Assembly (NCBI GenBank): GCA_964532505.1
Contig: CAZHIF010000003.1
Span: 21,237-85,236, forward strand
DNA: 64,000 nt
Direction: 5' to 3'
Source: an uncultured Candidatus Peribacteria bacterium
GTDB taxonomy: Bacteria; Patescibacteriota; Gracilibacteria; CAIRYL01
Below are positions 1 through 9,076 of the stretch, one piece after another. A program made the translations under genes and the position numbers. Within the stretch, counting starts at the first letter, position 1; each line of letters opens with the position of its first letter. A model generated the notes under the pieces. It was given only the letters and a program-made list of their open reading frames with translations. It ran no database searches and had not been told where the DNA came from.

Positions 1-494
1 GGAAACAGCCAGTGGTGGTAGAGGCTACGAATACACCATCTCCAGCCACTCCTTCTAAAACACCTAAAAGCCCTCGACTGGTTTCGACTGGGGTTTCTGC
101 CGAACAATATGTAATCCCATTGAATACGATCAATGCGCAAATGGTGTTTCCACATGAATATCAGATTTCAAGTATTGTGCGAGGAGGAAATGCGCTAGGA
201 GATGAATCAGTAAGTTTTTCTGTAAGCACTCCAAACTCGCTTCGAGGATTTGTGACCGTGCAATTATCTCACTCTGGAAATCGAGTTGATGAATATGCTC
301 AGCAGTTTAAAAAAGCGAATACTAGTCAGAATATCTTCTTGATTACCGATCTCACAGAAAAAACTATTACCTATACAACGTTTTTCAACGGAGTAATGTG
401 GGATATTAATATTGCTTTGCCATTCTCCAGCGTCCCAACAAAAGATGATTTCTATAGCATCTTGCTACCAATGGTGTTTGAAGAAAAAGAGTAG
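1..494 (+). CDS. hypothetical protein, C-terminal part (ORF open to the 5' window edge)
   Basis: The reading frame is open from nt 3, and the track's M at 12 is a GTG. A Thr/Pro/Ser-rich linker (TPSPATPSKTPKSP) precedes a globular tail. No recognisable motif. Confidence 0.4.
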   Translation, partial: KQPVVVEATNTPSPATPSKTPKSPRLVSTGVSAEQYVIPLNTINAQMVFPHEYQISSIVRGGNALGDESVSFSVSTPNSLRGFVTVQLSHSGNRVDEYAQQFKKANTSQNIFLITDLTEKTITYTTFFNGVMWDINIALPFSSVPTKDDFYSILLPMVFEEKE

Positions 495-585
495 GCTAAT
501 AGTGAATTACAAATTCTTTTTTGCTTTCAAAAAATCCTTTTACTGTTGTATACTGTGAAGGATTTTTTATTTTTCCAAAACGAAT

Positions 586-2007
586 ATGGCGGCTGTGGTG
601 GCTATTGTGGGGCGTCCTAATATTGGGAAATCGACCTTGTTTAATCGGCTTATTGGCTCTCGAAAGGCAATTGAATGCGATGTGGAAGGAACCACTCGAG
701 ATCCTATCACTGCGCTACATGAAGGGGAAAATGTAGATTTTTTGTTGGTGGATACAGGAGGATTGGAGTTTGATGAACTAGCTGGGACGATTGAAGAAGA
801 TACACAGGCTCAGGCGAGAATTGCCGCCACACAGGCAGATCTCATTTTATTCTGCGTCGATACAAAATCTGAAATAACACGAAACGATGAGAGGGCGGCA
901 GAGTTTTTGCGAAAAAATGTTCGGCACACTCCCATTTTTTTGGTGGGAACAAAGGCCGATGGAGGTGGGCATATTTCCGAATATCCAGAGCTTTTTTCTT
1001 TGGGAGTGAATGCCGAGGAAAGCCTTGCGGTGAGTGCATTACACGCAAAAGGACTTCGAACTCTTCTGGAAAAAATCGAGCACACATTAGAAAAGCTAGG
1101 GCACAAAAAACGATTTGTACGAGAAGAATCTGATCAGTCGCCTCCTCGAATTTCTTTTTTGGGAATGCCAAATGCAGGAAAATCATCATTTGTAAATGCG
1201 TTGGTGCAGAGAAAAGAATGTATCGTGTCGGAAATTGCGGGAACAACACGAGACTGCAAAGAAATTCCGTTCCATTTTTTGGGAAACGACTATGTGTTGG
1301 TGGATACTGCTGGAATTCGAAGGAAATCAAAAATTGATGATATCATCGAGCATTTTGCGGTGATGAGAAGTTTTCAGGCAGCATTGCAGAGTGATGTGGT
1401 AGTGTATTTGGTGGATAATAGCAAAGGAATAACCGCAATGGATCAAAAACTCATCGGAGAACTTTTGGATATGAAAACAGGAGTGATTATCGCTGTGAAC
1501 AAATGGGACCTGAGCGAAAAGGGAGAAGACGCACAAGATCGATTCAGAAAATATATCAACCGAAAACTTCCATTTATTCCTTGGGCTCCTGTGATTTTTA
1601 CTTCGGCAACAGAAAAGAAAAACATCATGAAAATCTTCGAAATCGCTAATGGAATTGTGCAAATGCGAGCGCAAAAATTTTCCACTGGAGAACTTAATTC
1701 ATTTTTGCAAGAAGTTATTCATCTTCATAAGCCAGCAGGACTCAAAAATATGCATCCCAAAATGAAATACATGACACAAACGGGGATTAACCCTCCTCAG
1801 TTTCGTATTTTTGGAAGCCATTTGGATTTTCTCCACTGGTCATATCAACGATTTTTGGAACATAGGTTTCGAGATGCGTTTGGATTTGAAGGAACTGGAA
1901 TCACTTTAGAGTATAAAAATGGAACTCCAAATCCTTATGATCTAGGTGGAGGAAAGAAAAACTGGAGGGCTGTAAAAAAAGGAAATTTTAAAGAAGAAAA
2001 CTTGTAA
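586..2007 (+). CDS. der: ribosome-associated GTPase Der/EngA (two tandem GTPase domains plus KH-like C-terminus)
   Basis: Two P-loops (GRPNIGKSTLFN and GMPNAGKSSFVNAL), two DTGG/DTAG G3 motifs and NKWD G4. The size and architecture are typical of Der. Confidence 0.95.
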   Translation: MAAVVAIVGRPNIGKSTLFNRLIGSRKAIECDVEGTTRDPITALHEGENVDFLLVDTGGLEFDELAGTIEEDTQAQARIAATQADLILFCVDTKSEITRNDERAAEFLRKNVRHTPIFLVGTKADGGGHISEYPELFSLGVNAEESLAVSALHAKGLRTLLEKIEHTLEKLGHKKRFVREESDQSPPRISFLGMPNAGKSSFVNALVQRKECIVSEIAGTTRDCKEIPFHFLGNDYVLVDTAGIRRKSKIDDIIEHFAVMRSFQAALQSDVVVYLVDNSKGITAMDQKLIGELLDMKTGVIIAVNKWDLSEKGEDAQDRFRKYINRKLPFIPWAPVIFTSATEKKNIMKIFEIANGIVQMRAQKFSTGELNSFLQEVIHLHKPAGLKNMHPKMKYMTQTGINPPQFRIFGSHLDFLHWSYQRFLEHRFRDAFGFEGTGITLEYKNGTPNPYDLGGGKKNWRAVKKGNFKEENL

Positions 2008-2068
2008 AATTAAGAATGCAGAATTAAAGAATCCTTAAACTGCTTCTCATTGAATTTTAACCTCAGGT

Positions 2069-2854
2069 ATGAGTATTTCATTGATAATTGTAGATTATAA
2101 AAAGGCAAAAAAAGTAGTGGAAAATGTGAAAGGAATTATGCAGCAAGAAGGCATTGAACTGCCAGAAATCCTGATTTGGGATAATTCGGAGGATCCTGCC
2201 AATGCAAAAATCTTGCAAACAAAACTTGGAAAGATGAAAAATGTGCATCTGCATATTTCTGAAAAAAATGTGGGATACAGCAAGGCAAATAATGCCTTGG
2301 CAAAACAGGCAACGGGAGATTTTTTTTGTTTTGTGAATCCAGATATTGTATGGCCAGAAACGAACACAGTTGCTCAGCTTTTGGAGTATCTTCACAATAA
2401 TAAAAAAGCGGGGATCGTAGCGCCTCGACAGTTGGAACCCAATGGAGAAGACGCGCTTTCCATTCGCCAATTCCCAAATTTCTTTTTGCAGATTCTTCGC
2501 CGAACTCCATTGAAGAATATTGCCCCTTTCGCAAGCTGGGTGCAGCATGACGAAATGAGGCATGTGGATAGAACTCAAACACAAACTGTAGACTGGGTGC
2601 AGTCTTCTTTTTTGATGATTTCAAAAAGCCTTTGGGAAGCAATTGGAGGATTTAATGAGCGATATTTTTTGTTTTTGGCAGATACCGAGCTCTGCAAAAA
2701 AGTGTGGGAGAGAGGAAGGCAAGTGGTGTATTATCCAAAAACAACCGTAAAATCAGACGGAGAGCGTTGCAGTGATGGTGGAGTTCAAGATTTTTTTTCC
2801 TCCAAACCCATGCAGATCCATTTGAAAGATAGTTTAAGATATTTTTTAGGATAA
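2069..2854 (+). CDS. family 2 glycosyltransferase
   Basis: Layout typical of GT-A fold GT2 enzymes: N-terminal SLIIVDYK, then an NSEDP... motif, GYSKANN, and an FVNPD (DxD-like) motif. Confidence 0.8.
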   Translation: MSISLIIVDYKKAKKVVENVKGIMQQEGIELPEILIWDNSEDPANAKILQTKLGKMKNVHLHISEKNVGYSKANNALAKQATGDFFCFVNPDIVWPETNTVAQLLEYLHNNKKAGIVAPRQLEPNGEDALSIRQFPNFFLQILRRTPLKNIAPFASWVQHDEMRHVDRTQTQTVDWVQSSFLMISKSLWEAIGGFNERYFLFLADTELCKKVWERGRQVVYYPKTTVKSDGERCSDGGVQDFFSSKPMQIHLKDSLRYFLG

Positions 2855-2885
2855 TGCAGTACGTGCAAATAGTATAAAAAAGTAA

Positions 2886-3587
2886 TTAAAACGCTTCAAT
2901 AATTACTTGTTCTTTGGGCAATGCAAACGTTTCGAGCAATATTGTTTTCGCTTCTTTAATCATGGCAGGATTTCCACATATGATAATTTCGGTATTGGAA
3001 AGCATTTCTGCCGATAGGTTTGCAATCCATTCGGTGATGCGCCCTGTTTTTCTTGTGCACCCTTCTTCTGGACGAGAAACGTAGAGATCATATTCGAAAT
3101 TTTCGTATTCTTTTGCTAGTTGGTTAAAATACGCATCATAAGAGGCAAATTCTAACGAGCGTACTCCAAAAACCAATTGCACTTTCACAGGAAAGCCTTT
3201 TTCTTTTTCATCGTCTAAAATAGCTTTAAGCGGAGCAATTCCTGTTCCTGTCCCCAAAAGGAGCACTTCTTTTGACGTATCTTTTCTTCCAAAGTGCCCA
3301 AAAGGTCCCATAAATTCCACAGTATCCCCCGCTTGCATTCGGTCAATATATCCTGATCCTTTTCCATTTTCCACTACTTTCACACACAGTTCAAACTGTG
3401 GTAGCCGAGCAGAAGAAGATGCAACAGAATAAGCTCTCATCACCTTCGGCTCTACTTTCACATTTACAAATTGACCTGTGTGAAACGTAAATTCAGGATC
3501 TAATACTTCAAAAACAGTTTTTCTGGTTTCTGTGGCAATGTATTCATTAGAAACGACAACGGCGGAAAAATTTCGAGGAGGAAGCAT
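2886..3587 (-). CDS. FNR-like FAD/NAD(P)-binding oxidoreductase
   Basis: RAYSVAS (RxYS FAD-binding motif), GKGSGY, and an LLLGTGTGIAPL NAD(P)-binding motif. Size is about 230 aa. Confidence 0.75.
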   Translation of the reverse strand: MLPPRNFSAVVVSNEYIATETRKTVFEVLDPEFTFHTGQFVNVKVEPKVMRAYSVASSSARLPQFELCVKVVENGKGSGYIDRMQAGDTVEFMGPFGHFGRKDTSKEVLLLGTGTGIAPLKAILDDEKEKGFPVKVQLVFGVRSLEFASYDAYFNQLAKEYENFEYDLYVSRPEEGCTRKTGRITEWIANLSAEMLSNTEIIICGNPAMIKEAKTILLETFALPKEQVIIEAF

Positions 3588-3734
3588 GGGAGTGAATCGT
3601 TAAAAGCTAAATGTGGAAATCTGAAGAAAATCTTCAAAAAAACAATGTATATTCTACCTATTTTTTATTATCATGATACATTGTTTTTTTTTAAAAAAAA
3701 TTGTAAAATATTAAATGTTTTATATTTTACATTC

Positions 3735-4079
3735 ATGAACACAAATATTTCTTTTCTGCGGCTTCCAAATATTTCAAGTACTATTGTTATTCATTTACGT
3801 GATGGAATAGACATGAATGAATCTGTGAGGAAACAAATTATGGAGGCTGATTTGAATGCTTTTCAAAATATTTTTTTTAGCCTCAAAAATCATAATCAGC
3901 CAACTTCTGAATGTTTTGAAATCATTTTGGAATTGCGTAGAAAGCTGAAAGAGTCTGGGAAAAGCTTTTTTTTGGTAGAGGTTCCGCCATCTCTTATTCC
4001 TGTGATCTCCAATATTGGAATTCCTTCTATAGAGTGTTTTACAAGCTTAGCGGAAGCGGTGATGAGTGTTGGAGAATAG
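3735..4079 (+). CDS. possible STAS-domain (anti-sigma-factor-antagonist-like) protein
   Basis: A weak STAS-like pattern: IVIHLRDGIDMNES...KESGKSFFLVEVPPSLIPVISNIGIPSIECFTSLAEA. An internal ATG at 3735 is preferred over 3645 because the upstream part is low-complexity. The 3' end abuts the topA stop. Confidence 0.3.
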   Translation: MNTNISFLRLPNISSTIVIHLRDGIDMNESVRKQIMEADLNAFQNIFFSLKNHNQPTSECFEIILELRRKLKESGKSFFLVEVPPSLIPVISNIGIPSIECFTSLAEAVMSVGE

Positions 4080-6449
4080 CTATCTATGCTTTTTTAGTGT
4101 TTTTTTTGCAGGAGCTTTTTTGGCGCTTGTTTTTTTTTCCATTGCTTTTGTTGCTTTTTTCACCCCTTTCCCTTTTTTAGCGGGGCGACCATCTTCTTTC
4201 AAAATCTTTTCACACTCTGTAAGCGAAAGAGTGAGAGGGTCTTCTATTGTTTTTGGAATTTTTGCGTTTTTTTCTCCGTCGCTTAAATATGGTCCCCATC
4301 GTCCTTTCAAAATCTGTACATCAGAATTTGGGAAATTCTTCATATATTTTTCTTTCTCGGCGGTGAGCTTTGCTTCATACAATTCAATCGCCTCTTCCAG
4401 TGTAATATCGAGCGGATCTTTTTTCCCAAGGCTTACAAATAGTTTTCCCACTTGAATATATGGACCAAATCGCCCAAAATTTGCTTTGATGTCTTGCCCG
4501 TCTTTCGTCTGCCCCACCAATCTGGGTAGTTTGAAAAGTTCAATCGCCTCTTCCAGTGTAATAGTCTCCCATCGTTGCCCTGGCTTGAGCGAGGCAAACA
4601 CGGGTTTTTCTTCATCGTCTTTTGTTCCGATCTGTGCATATGGACCAAATCGCCCAACCCGTACAGAAAGAGGCTTTCCAGTCTTGGGATCATTCCCTAG
4701 CACTCGTTCTTGAATAGCAGCCGATCTCTCCACATTTTCCATTTTTTCTCCAATAGTTGCTTTAAACGGTGTATAAAAATCTGCAATCATTGCATTCCAT
4801 TTCTTCTTTCCTTCTGCAATTTCATCAAACTCTTCTTCCACATTTTTGGTGAAATCATAATCCACAATTTGAGAAAAATGCAGCACCAAAAAATCATTCA
4901 CCACCGTTCCGATTGCAGTGGGAAGAAGTCGTCCTTTGTCGCTTCCTGTTTTTTCTTTTTTTTCTGATCGCTTGATAGTGGTATTTTTGAGCTCCAGTTG
5001 TATGGAAATGCGCTCTTCTCCTTCACTTTCTCCTTTCATCACATATCCTCGGTCTTGAATGGTGGAAATGGTGGGCGCATAGGTCGAAGGCCGTCCAATC
5101 CCATTATCTTCTAACGCCTTTACCAGCGAAGCTTCTGAGTATCTTGCAGGGGGGCGGGTAAATGTTTCCTTTGCTATAACGCTGTCATATGCAAGCGCAT
5201 CGCCTTTTTTCAAAATTGGAAGCAAAGTGTCTTTGTCTTGATCTCCAAAGACTTTCAAAAATCCATCAAAAGTAACCACCTCTCCCGTTGCCACAAAAAG
5301 TGGTGTTGTCGAGGGAAATGAAAGCATGATCGTGGTTTTGAGCACCTTAGCACTTGCCATTTGCGAAGCGATCGCTCGTTGCCAAATGAGCCGATAGAGC
5401 TTTTTTTGCTGCTCATCGTTTCCTGTAAATTCCACCGAAAAATCTGTTGGGCGAATAGCTTCGTGGGCTTCTTGAGCCCCTTTTGTTTTGGTGGTAAATT
5501 GCCTCACTTCCGAATATTCCGCTCCAAACATTTTGGTGATGTTTTCTTTGGCGTTGGCAATGGCATGCCCAGAAAGATTCACTGAATCTGTACGCATGTA
5601 GGTGATTTTTCCCGCTTCATAGAGCCGTTGTGCCAATTGCATGGTTTGCTTCACCGAAAAACCCAAACGCTGAGAGGCGAGTTGTTGAAGTGTTGATGTG
5701 GTGAAGGGTGGCGATGGATTTTTTGATCCTGGTTTTTGTTCGAGTGATTCCACCGTTGCATTTTCCCCCGAAATACTTTCTAAAAACTGTTTTGCAGCTT
5801 TTTCATTTTCAAATTTTTTCTCTAATTCACTAGAAAATTCTTTTCCATCTGCTGTGAATGTGGCAATGATTTTAAACGAAGAAGTGCTTTCAAATGCTTG
5901 AATTTCTCTCTCTCGCTCCACAATCAGCCGCACAGCAACGCTTTGCACTCGTCCTGCAGAAAGTCCTGTTTGAATTTTTCTCCATAGCACAGGAGACAAC
6001 TCATATCCCACCAATCGGTCGAGCACTCGCCGAGCCTGCTGCGCATCCACCAAATGTTGATCAATTTCTCCGGGATTTGCTACGGCTTTTTGTACGGCGC
6101 TTTTGGTGATTTCCGAAAATACAATTCGTTTTGTGTTTTTGTTTTTCAGCCCCAATGTTTCAAATAAATGCCATGCAATGGCTTCTCCTTCTCGGTCGGG
6201 ATCGGCTGCCAAATAGACAACATCGGATTCCTTTACGGCTTTTTTCAATTCTGCAACCACTTTTCCTTTTCCATCTGAAATTTCGTATTCTGGCTGAAAC
6301 GTTCCGCCTTCAATATCCAGCGCCATTCCACTTTTTGGAAGATCTCGAATGTGTCCAAAGCTAGATTTTACAGTGAAATCCGCCCCAAGGTATTTTTCAA
6401 TAGTTTTAGCTTTCGCAGGAGACTCAACAATAACAAGGTTTTTGGACAT
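4080..6449 (-). CDS. topA: DNA topoisomerase I, with a zinc-finger-less C-terminal repeat region and Lys-rich tail
   Basis: N-terminal Toprim MSKNLVIVESPAKAKTIEKYLG, DPDREGEAIAWH, and active-site region ITYMRTDS. The C-terminus has three GR[FW]GPY repeats, no Cys4 fingers, and a basic tail KKGKGVKKATKAMEKKTSAKKAPAKK. Confidence 0.97.
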   Translation of the reverse strand: MSKNLVIVESPAKAKTIEKYLGADFTVKSSFGHIRDLPKSGMALDIEGGTFQPEYEISDGKGKVVAELKKAVKESDVVYLAADPDREGEAIAWHLFETLGLKNKNTKRIVFSEITKSAVQKAVANPGEIDQHLVDAQQARRVLDRLVGYELSPVLWRKIQTGLSAGRVQSVAVRLIVEREREIQAFESTSSFKIIATFTADGKEFSSELEKKFENEKAAKQFLESISGENATVESLEQKPGSKNPSPPFTTSTLQQLASQRLGFSVKQTMQLAQRLYEAGKITYMRTDSVNLSGHAIANAKENITKMFGAEYSEVRQFTTKTKGAQEAHEAIRPTDFSVEFTGNDEQQKKLYRLIWQRAIASQMASAKVLKTTIMLSFPSTTPLFVATGEVVTFDGFLKVFGDQDKDTLLPILKKGDALAYDSVIAKETFTRPPARYSEASLVKALEDNGIGRPSTYAPTISTIQDRGYVMKGESEGEERISIQLELKNTTIKRSEKKEKTGSDKGRLLPTAIGTVVNDFLVLHFSQIVDYDFTKNVEEEFDEIAEGKKKWNAMIADFYTPFKATIGEKMENVERSAAIQERVLGNDPKTGKPLSVRVGRFGPYAQIGTKDDEEKPVFASLKPGQRWETITLEEAIELFKLPRLVGQTKDGQDIKANFGRFGPYIQVGKLFVSLGKKDPLDITLEEAIELYEAKLTAEKEKYMKNFPNSDVQILKGRWGPYLSDGEKNAKIPKTIEDPLTLSLTECEKILKEDGRPAKKGKGVKKATKAMEKKTSAKKAPAKKTLKKHR
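4383..4563. repeat. exact 25-nt direct repeat (4383-4407 and 4539-4563) inside the topA C-terminal domain repeats
   Basis: ttcaatcgcctcttccagtgtaata occurs twice, 156 nt apart. It encodes the ITLEEAIEL segment of successive C-terminal repeats. A second near-repeat, tatggaccaaatcgcccaa, lies near 4460 and 4639 and encodes GRFGPY. Confidence 0.9.
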
Positions 6450-6623
6450 AAGAAAAAAATGAATTATGCAGAAAAAGGAACAAAAAAATCGTATAAAAAT
6501 TCAGGATTAAAGTCCAGCTCTTGGGATTTTTATTCAATTTTATCAAAAGAAATGGAAGCTATTTGAAATACGAAAGGCTCTTTGAACCGAGAAAAACAAC
6601 CACCTTGAAGCGGCAAAGGATGC

Positions 6624-6680
6624 AATACATTTTGTGCAATTGACCAAGGAACCAATTGCTAAAGTTTTGAGAAAAAAGAT
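6624..6680. repeat. dispersed intergenic element, copy A (exact 21-mer shared with 53837-53857)
   Basis: aatacattttgtgcaattgac is identical at both sites. About 27 further nt are roughly 60 percent identical, followed by an A-run. It contains a GCAATTG/CAATTGC hairpin. Confidence 0.8.
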
Positions 6681-6865
6681 TGATAAAAAAAGAGTTTATT
6701 ATGTTAACAATATTGTTATTTTACAATATTGTTAGGGTGTTTTTGGAAAATTCTTTGGTTCAGCATGCAAAATCAACTCGATAGGGAAGTTTTTGCTTTG
6801 CACAATAAAAAACGCGCCTTTAGGTGTGTCTTTTATCATACCCTCAATAATGCATCATTATTTTT

Positions 6866-7708
6866 TTAAAACGGCAAATCCCCAGGCTTGATATTTGATT
6901 CATATTGAATGCTTGGGATTTCTGGGAGGTTGTCTGCTGCCATGGAAGAACTTGCAGCTGCAATCACTACTGTTGACCCCACGGGGGCGCTCATTTCCAC
7001 TGGGCTTTCAGATCCGAGCAATGCGCACTTTTCCACAATTACTTCGGTGGTATATTTTTTTTCTCCTTCTGGCGTATCCCAACTTCTGGTTTGCACTCGT
7101 CCGCTGATGTAAACCTTCCGTCCTTTTTTTATCATAGTTTCTCCCTCGCTTGCCAGTGCACCCCACAATACCAAGTTGTGATATTCAGTTTCTTCTTTTA
7201 GCTCATCACTGGCCTTGTCTTTCCATTTTCGGTTTGATGCCACAGAAGTGGTTCCCACCGTGCTTCCATTTGGTGTTTGACGCACTTCTAGATCTTTGGT
7301 CAGGTTTCCAATGATTTCCACATTATTCATTCCAGTTGCAAAAATATTACTTTGCACGGCAGGGTATCCTCCGTTTTGTGGAGTGAGAAGAAGCATGTCT
7401 TCCGCGATTACTTTTGTTTTATATTTTTTCTTTCCCGGCTCTGGTTCCCAGTGTTCTGTTTTGAGGCGTCCTTCCACATAAATTTGAGATCCTGCTTGAG
7501 TATATTGCGCAATGTTTTCTGCTTGTTTCCCCCAAAAAGTAATACTGTGGAAAGAGGTGCTGTCAAATGACCCACCTCCCATTTCTTTTTCCACTTTTGA
7601 AATAACTCGTAAATTCACGTCGCACACACTCATTCCGCTAGGCAAATTTCGCAGTTCTACGGTTTCAGTTACATATCCAATAAGTTTTACTCTGTTAAGT
7701 GCGTACAT
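6866..7708 (-). CDS. ssb: single-stranded DNA-binding protein with two tandem OB folds
   Basis: There are two SSB-type OB domains: NRVKLIGYVTETVELRNLPSG...FWGKQAEN...YVEGRLKTEHWE, and NNVEIIGNLTKDLEVRQTPNG...LWGALASE...YISGRVQTRSWD. The acidic/hydrophobic C-terminal tip is ...PGDLPF. Confidence 0.9.
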   Translation of the reverse strand: MYALNRVKLIGYVTETVELRNLPSGMSVCDVNLRVISKVEKEMGGGSFDSTSFHSITFWGKQAENIAQYTQAGSQIYVEGRLKTEHWEPEPGKKKYKTKVIAEDMLLLTPQNGGYPAVQSNIFATGMNNVEIIGNLTKDLEVRQTPNGSTVGTTSVASNRKWKDKASDELKEETEYHNLVLWGALASEGETMIKKGRKVYISGRVQTRSWDTPEGEKKYTTEVIVEKCALLGSESPVEMSAPVGSTVVIAAASSSMAADNLPEIPSIQYESNIKPGDLPF

Positions 7709-7876
7709 AAAAAGGTGATTAAAAAGCTACTTGCAAGAGTATCAAATGCAAAGTAAAGAAAGAATTGTTTTTTATAAAAGCAAGTTTTATAGTCGTAATT
7801 TTTTAAAATTCTCCATTTTCAATTCTTCATTTTTTTTGCATACTGAAAACACAAATTTAATTCTTCATTCATTGGT

Positions 7877-8887
7877 ATGATTTCAAAAATTCAAATCCTT
7901 AAAGATCAGGCTGTTTCTGCCATTTCAGTGGCTCAAAGCTCGGCAGATCTCGAACAAATTGAACAAGAGTATTTTGGACGAAAATCAGGAAAGATCAATG
8001 ATATTCTAAAATCGCTTGCAAGCCTTTCTCCTGAAGAAAAAAAAGAGGTGGGGTCAGCAGCTAATGAGGCAAAAAAAGAAGTGGAAGCATTCCTTGCTCA
8101 AAAGCTTTTTGCATTGGAAGAAGAAAAAATGGGGAAATTGGTCGAAACACAGTGGATTGATGTGACTGCTCCTTTAGCCCCAAAGCCAAAAACTGCCGCC
8201 AATCGGCATCCTCTTTCGCAGTTTATGCTCGAATGCGAAGAGGTGTTTGGAAAGCTCGGGTTTGAGGTGGCAGAAGGGTTTGAGATTGAAGATGAGGATC
8301 ATAACTTTAATTTTCTCAATATCCCTGCCGATCATCCTGCGCGTGAAATGCAGGACACATTTTGGCTTAAAAACGAAATGGAAGGACATGTGCTTCGTAC
8401 TCAAACTTCGAATATGCAAATTCGGTTTATGGAAGCGAACACTCCACCATTTCGAATTATCGCTCCAGGAAAGGTATTTAGAAAAGACTCTGATGCGACA
8501 CATTCTCCCATGTTTCATCAAATAGAATGCTTGATGATTGACAAAAACATTTCTCTCGCGAATTTGCGATTTGTGCTTCTTTCTGCACTTCGAGAGATTA
8601 TTGACCCTGATGTAAAGCTTCGATTTCGACTTTCATTTTTTCCTTTTGTGGAACCGGGTCTTGAGGTGGATGCGCTTTTGAAAGTAGGTGGAGAGCAAAA
8701 ATGGTTGGAAATTGGAGGTGCTGGAATGGTACATCCGAATGTGCTTCGAAGCTGTCATGTGGATCCAAATGAATGGAATGGGTTTGCATTTGGCTTTGGG
8801 ATTGAGCGAATGGTAATGATTAAGTATGGAATCAAAGACCTTCGGTTGTTTTTTGAGAATGATTTGCGGTTTTTGAATCAGTTATAA
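7877..8887 (+). CDS. pheS: phenylalanine--tRNA ligase alpha subunit
   Basis: Class II motifs HPAREMQDTFW, LRTQTS, FRIIAPGKVFRKD and GFAFGFGIERMVM. Length is 336 aa. Confidence 0.95.
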   Translation: MISKIQILKDQAVSAISVAQSSADLEQIEQEYFGRKSGKINDILKSLASLSPEEKKEVGSAANEAKKEVEAFLAQKLFALEEEKMGKLVETQWIDVTAPLAPKPKTAANRHPLSQFMLECEEVFGKLGFEVAEGFEIEDEDHNFNFLNIPADHPAREMQDTFWLKNEMEGHVLRTQTSNMQIRFMEANTPPFRIIAPGKVFRKDSDATHSPMFHQIECLMIDKNISLANLRFVLLSALREIIDPDVKLRFRLSFFPFVEPGLEVDALLKVGGEQKWLEIGGAGMVHPNVLRSCHVDPNEWNGFAFGFGIERMVMIKYGIKDLRLFFENDLRFLNQL

Positions 8888-9076
8888 GAAAGGTGAAATT
8901 TATTCTGTTTTGATGCCATTTGAGAAAATAAAAACAATCCTTCATTATCCTTTTTTTCTCAAAATTTTTGCAATTGGCGGCTTTGCCATCTCAAAATATT
9001 GATTCACTTAACACAGTTCTAATTTATTTTATTTAGGTTTTTTCTTGAAAATCTCCTGAATTGCCAAAATTTTTTT

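Noticed and set aside
4066-4455. A plus-strand 129-aa hydrophobic ORF, and other short ORFs antisense to topA, the giant genes, priA and others.
   Set aside because: They are fully contained in strongly supported genes on the opposite strand. Their low-complexity Phe/Ser-rich translations are typical of antisense AT-rich sequence.
6500-6530. ggattaaagtccagctcttggg resembles the GGAAAGUCC core of the RNase P RNA P4 region, inside a 416-nt gene-free spacer.
   Set aside because: The rest of the spacer is AT-rich and unstructured. It lacks the other conserved RNase P blocks (for example the ACAGAA..., AGGGUG... regions) and any long-range pairing partner.
7709-7876. Possible T-box leader upstream of pheS, and likewise upstream of trpS at 16860-16925.
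   Set aside because: There is no T-box consensus (AGGGTGGTACCGCG-like), no specifier-loop or antiterminator architecture, and the spacers are short and AT-rich.
8922-8960. A possible pheS terminator hairpin, GAGAAAA ... TTTTCTC.
   Set aside because: The stem is 7 bp of all-A/T-rich sequence with a 25-nt loop. That is too weak to call in an AT-rich genome.
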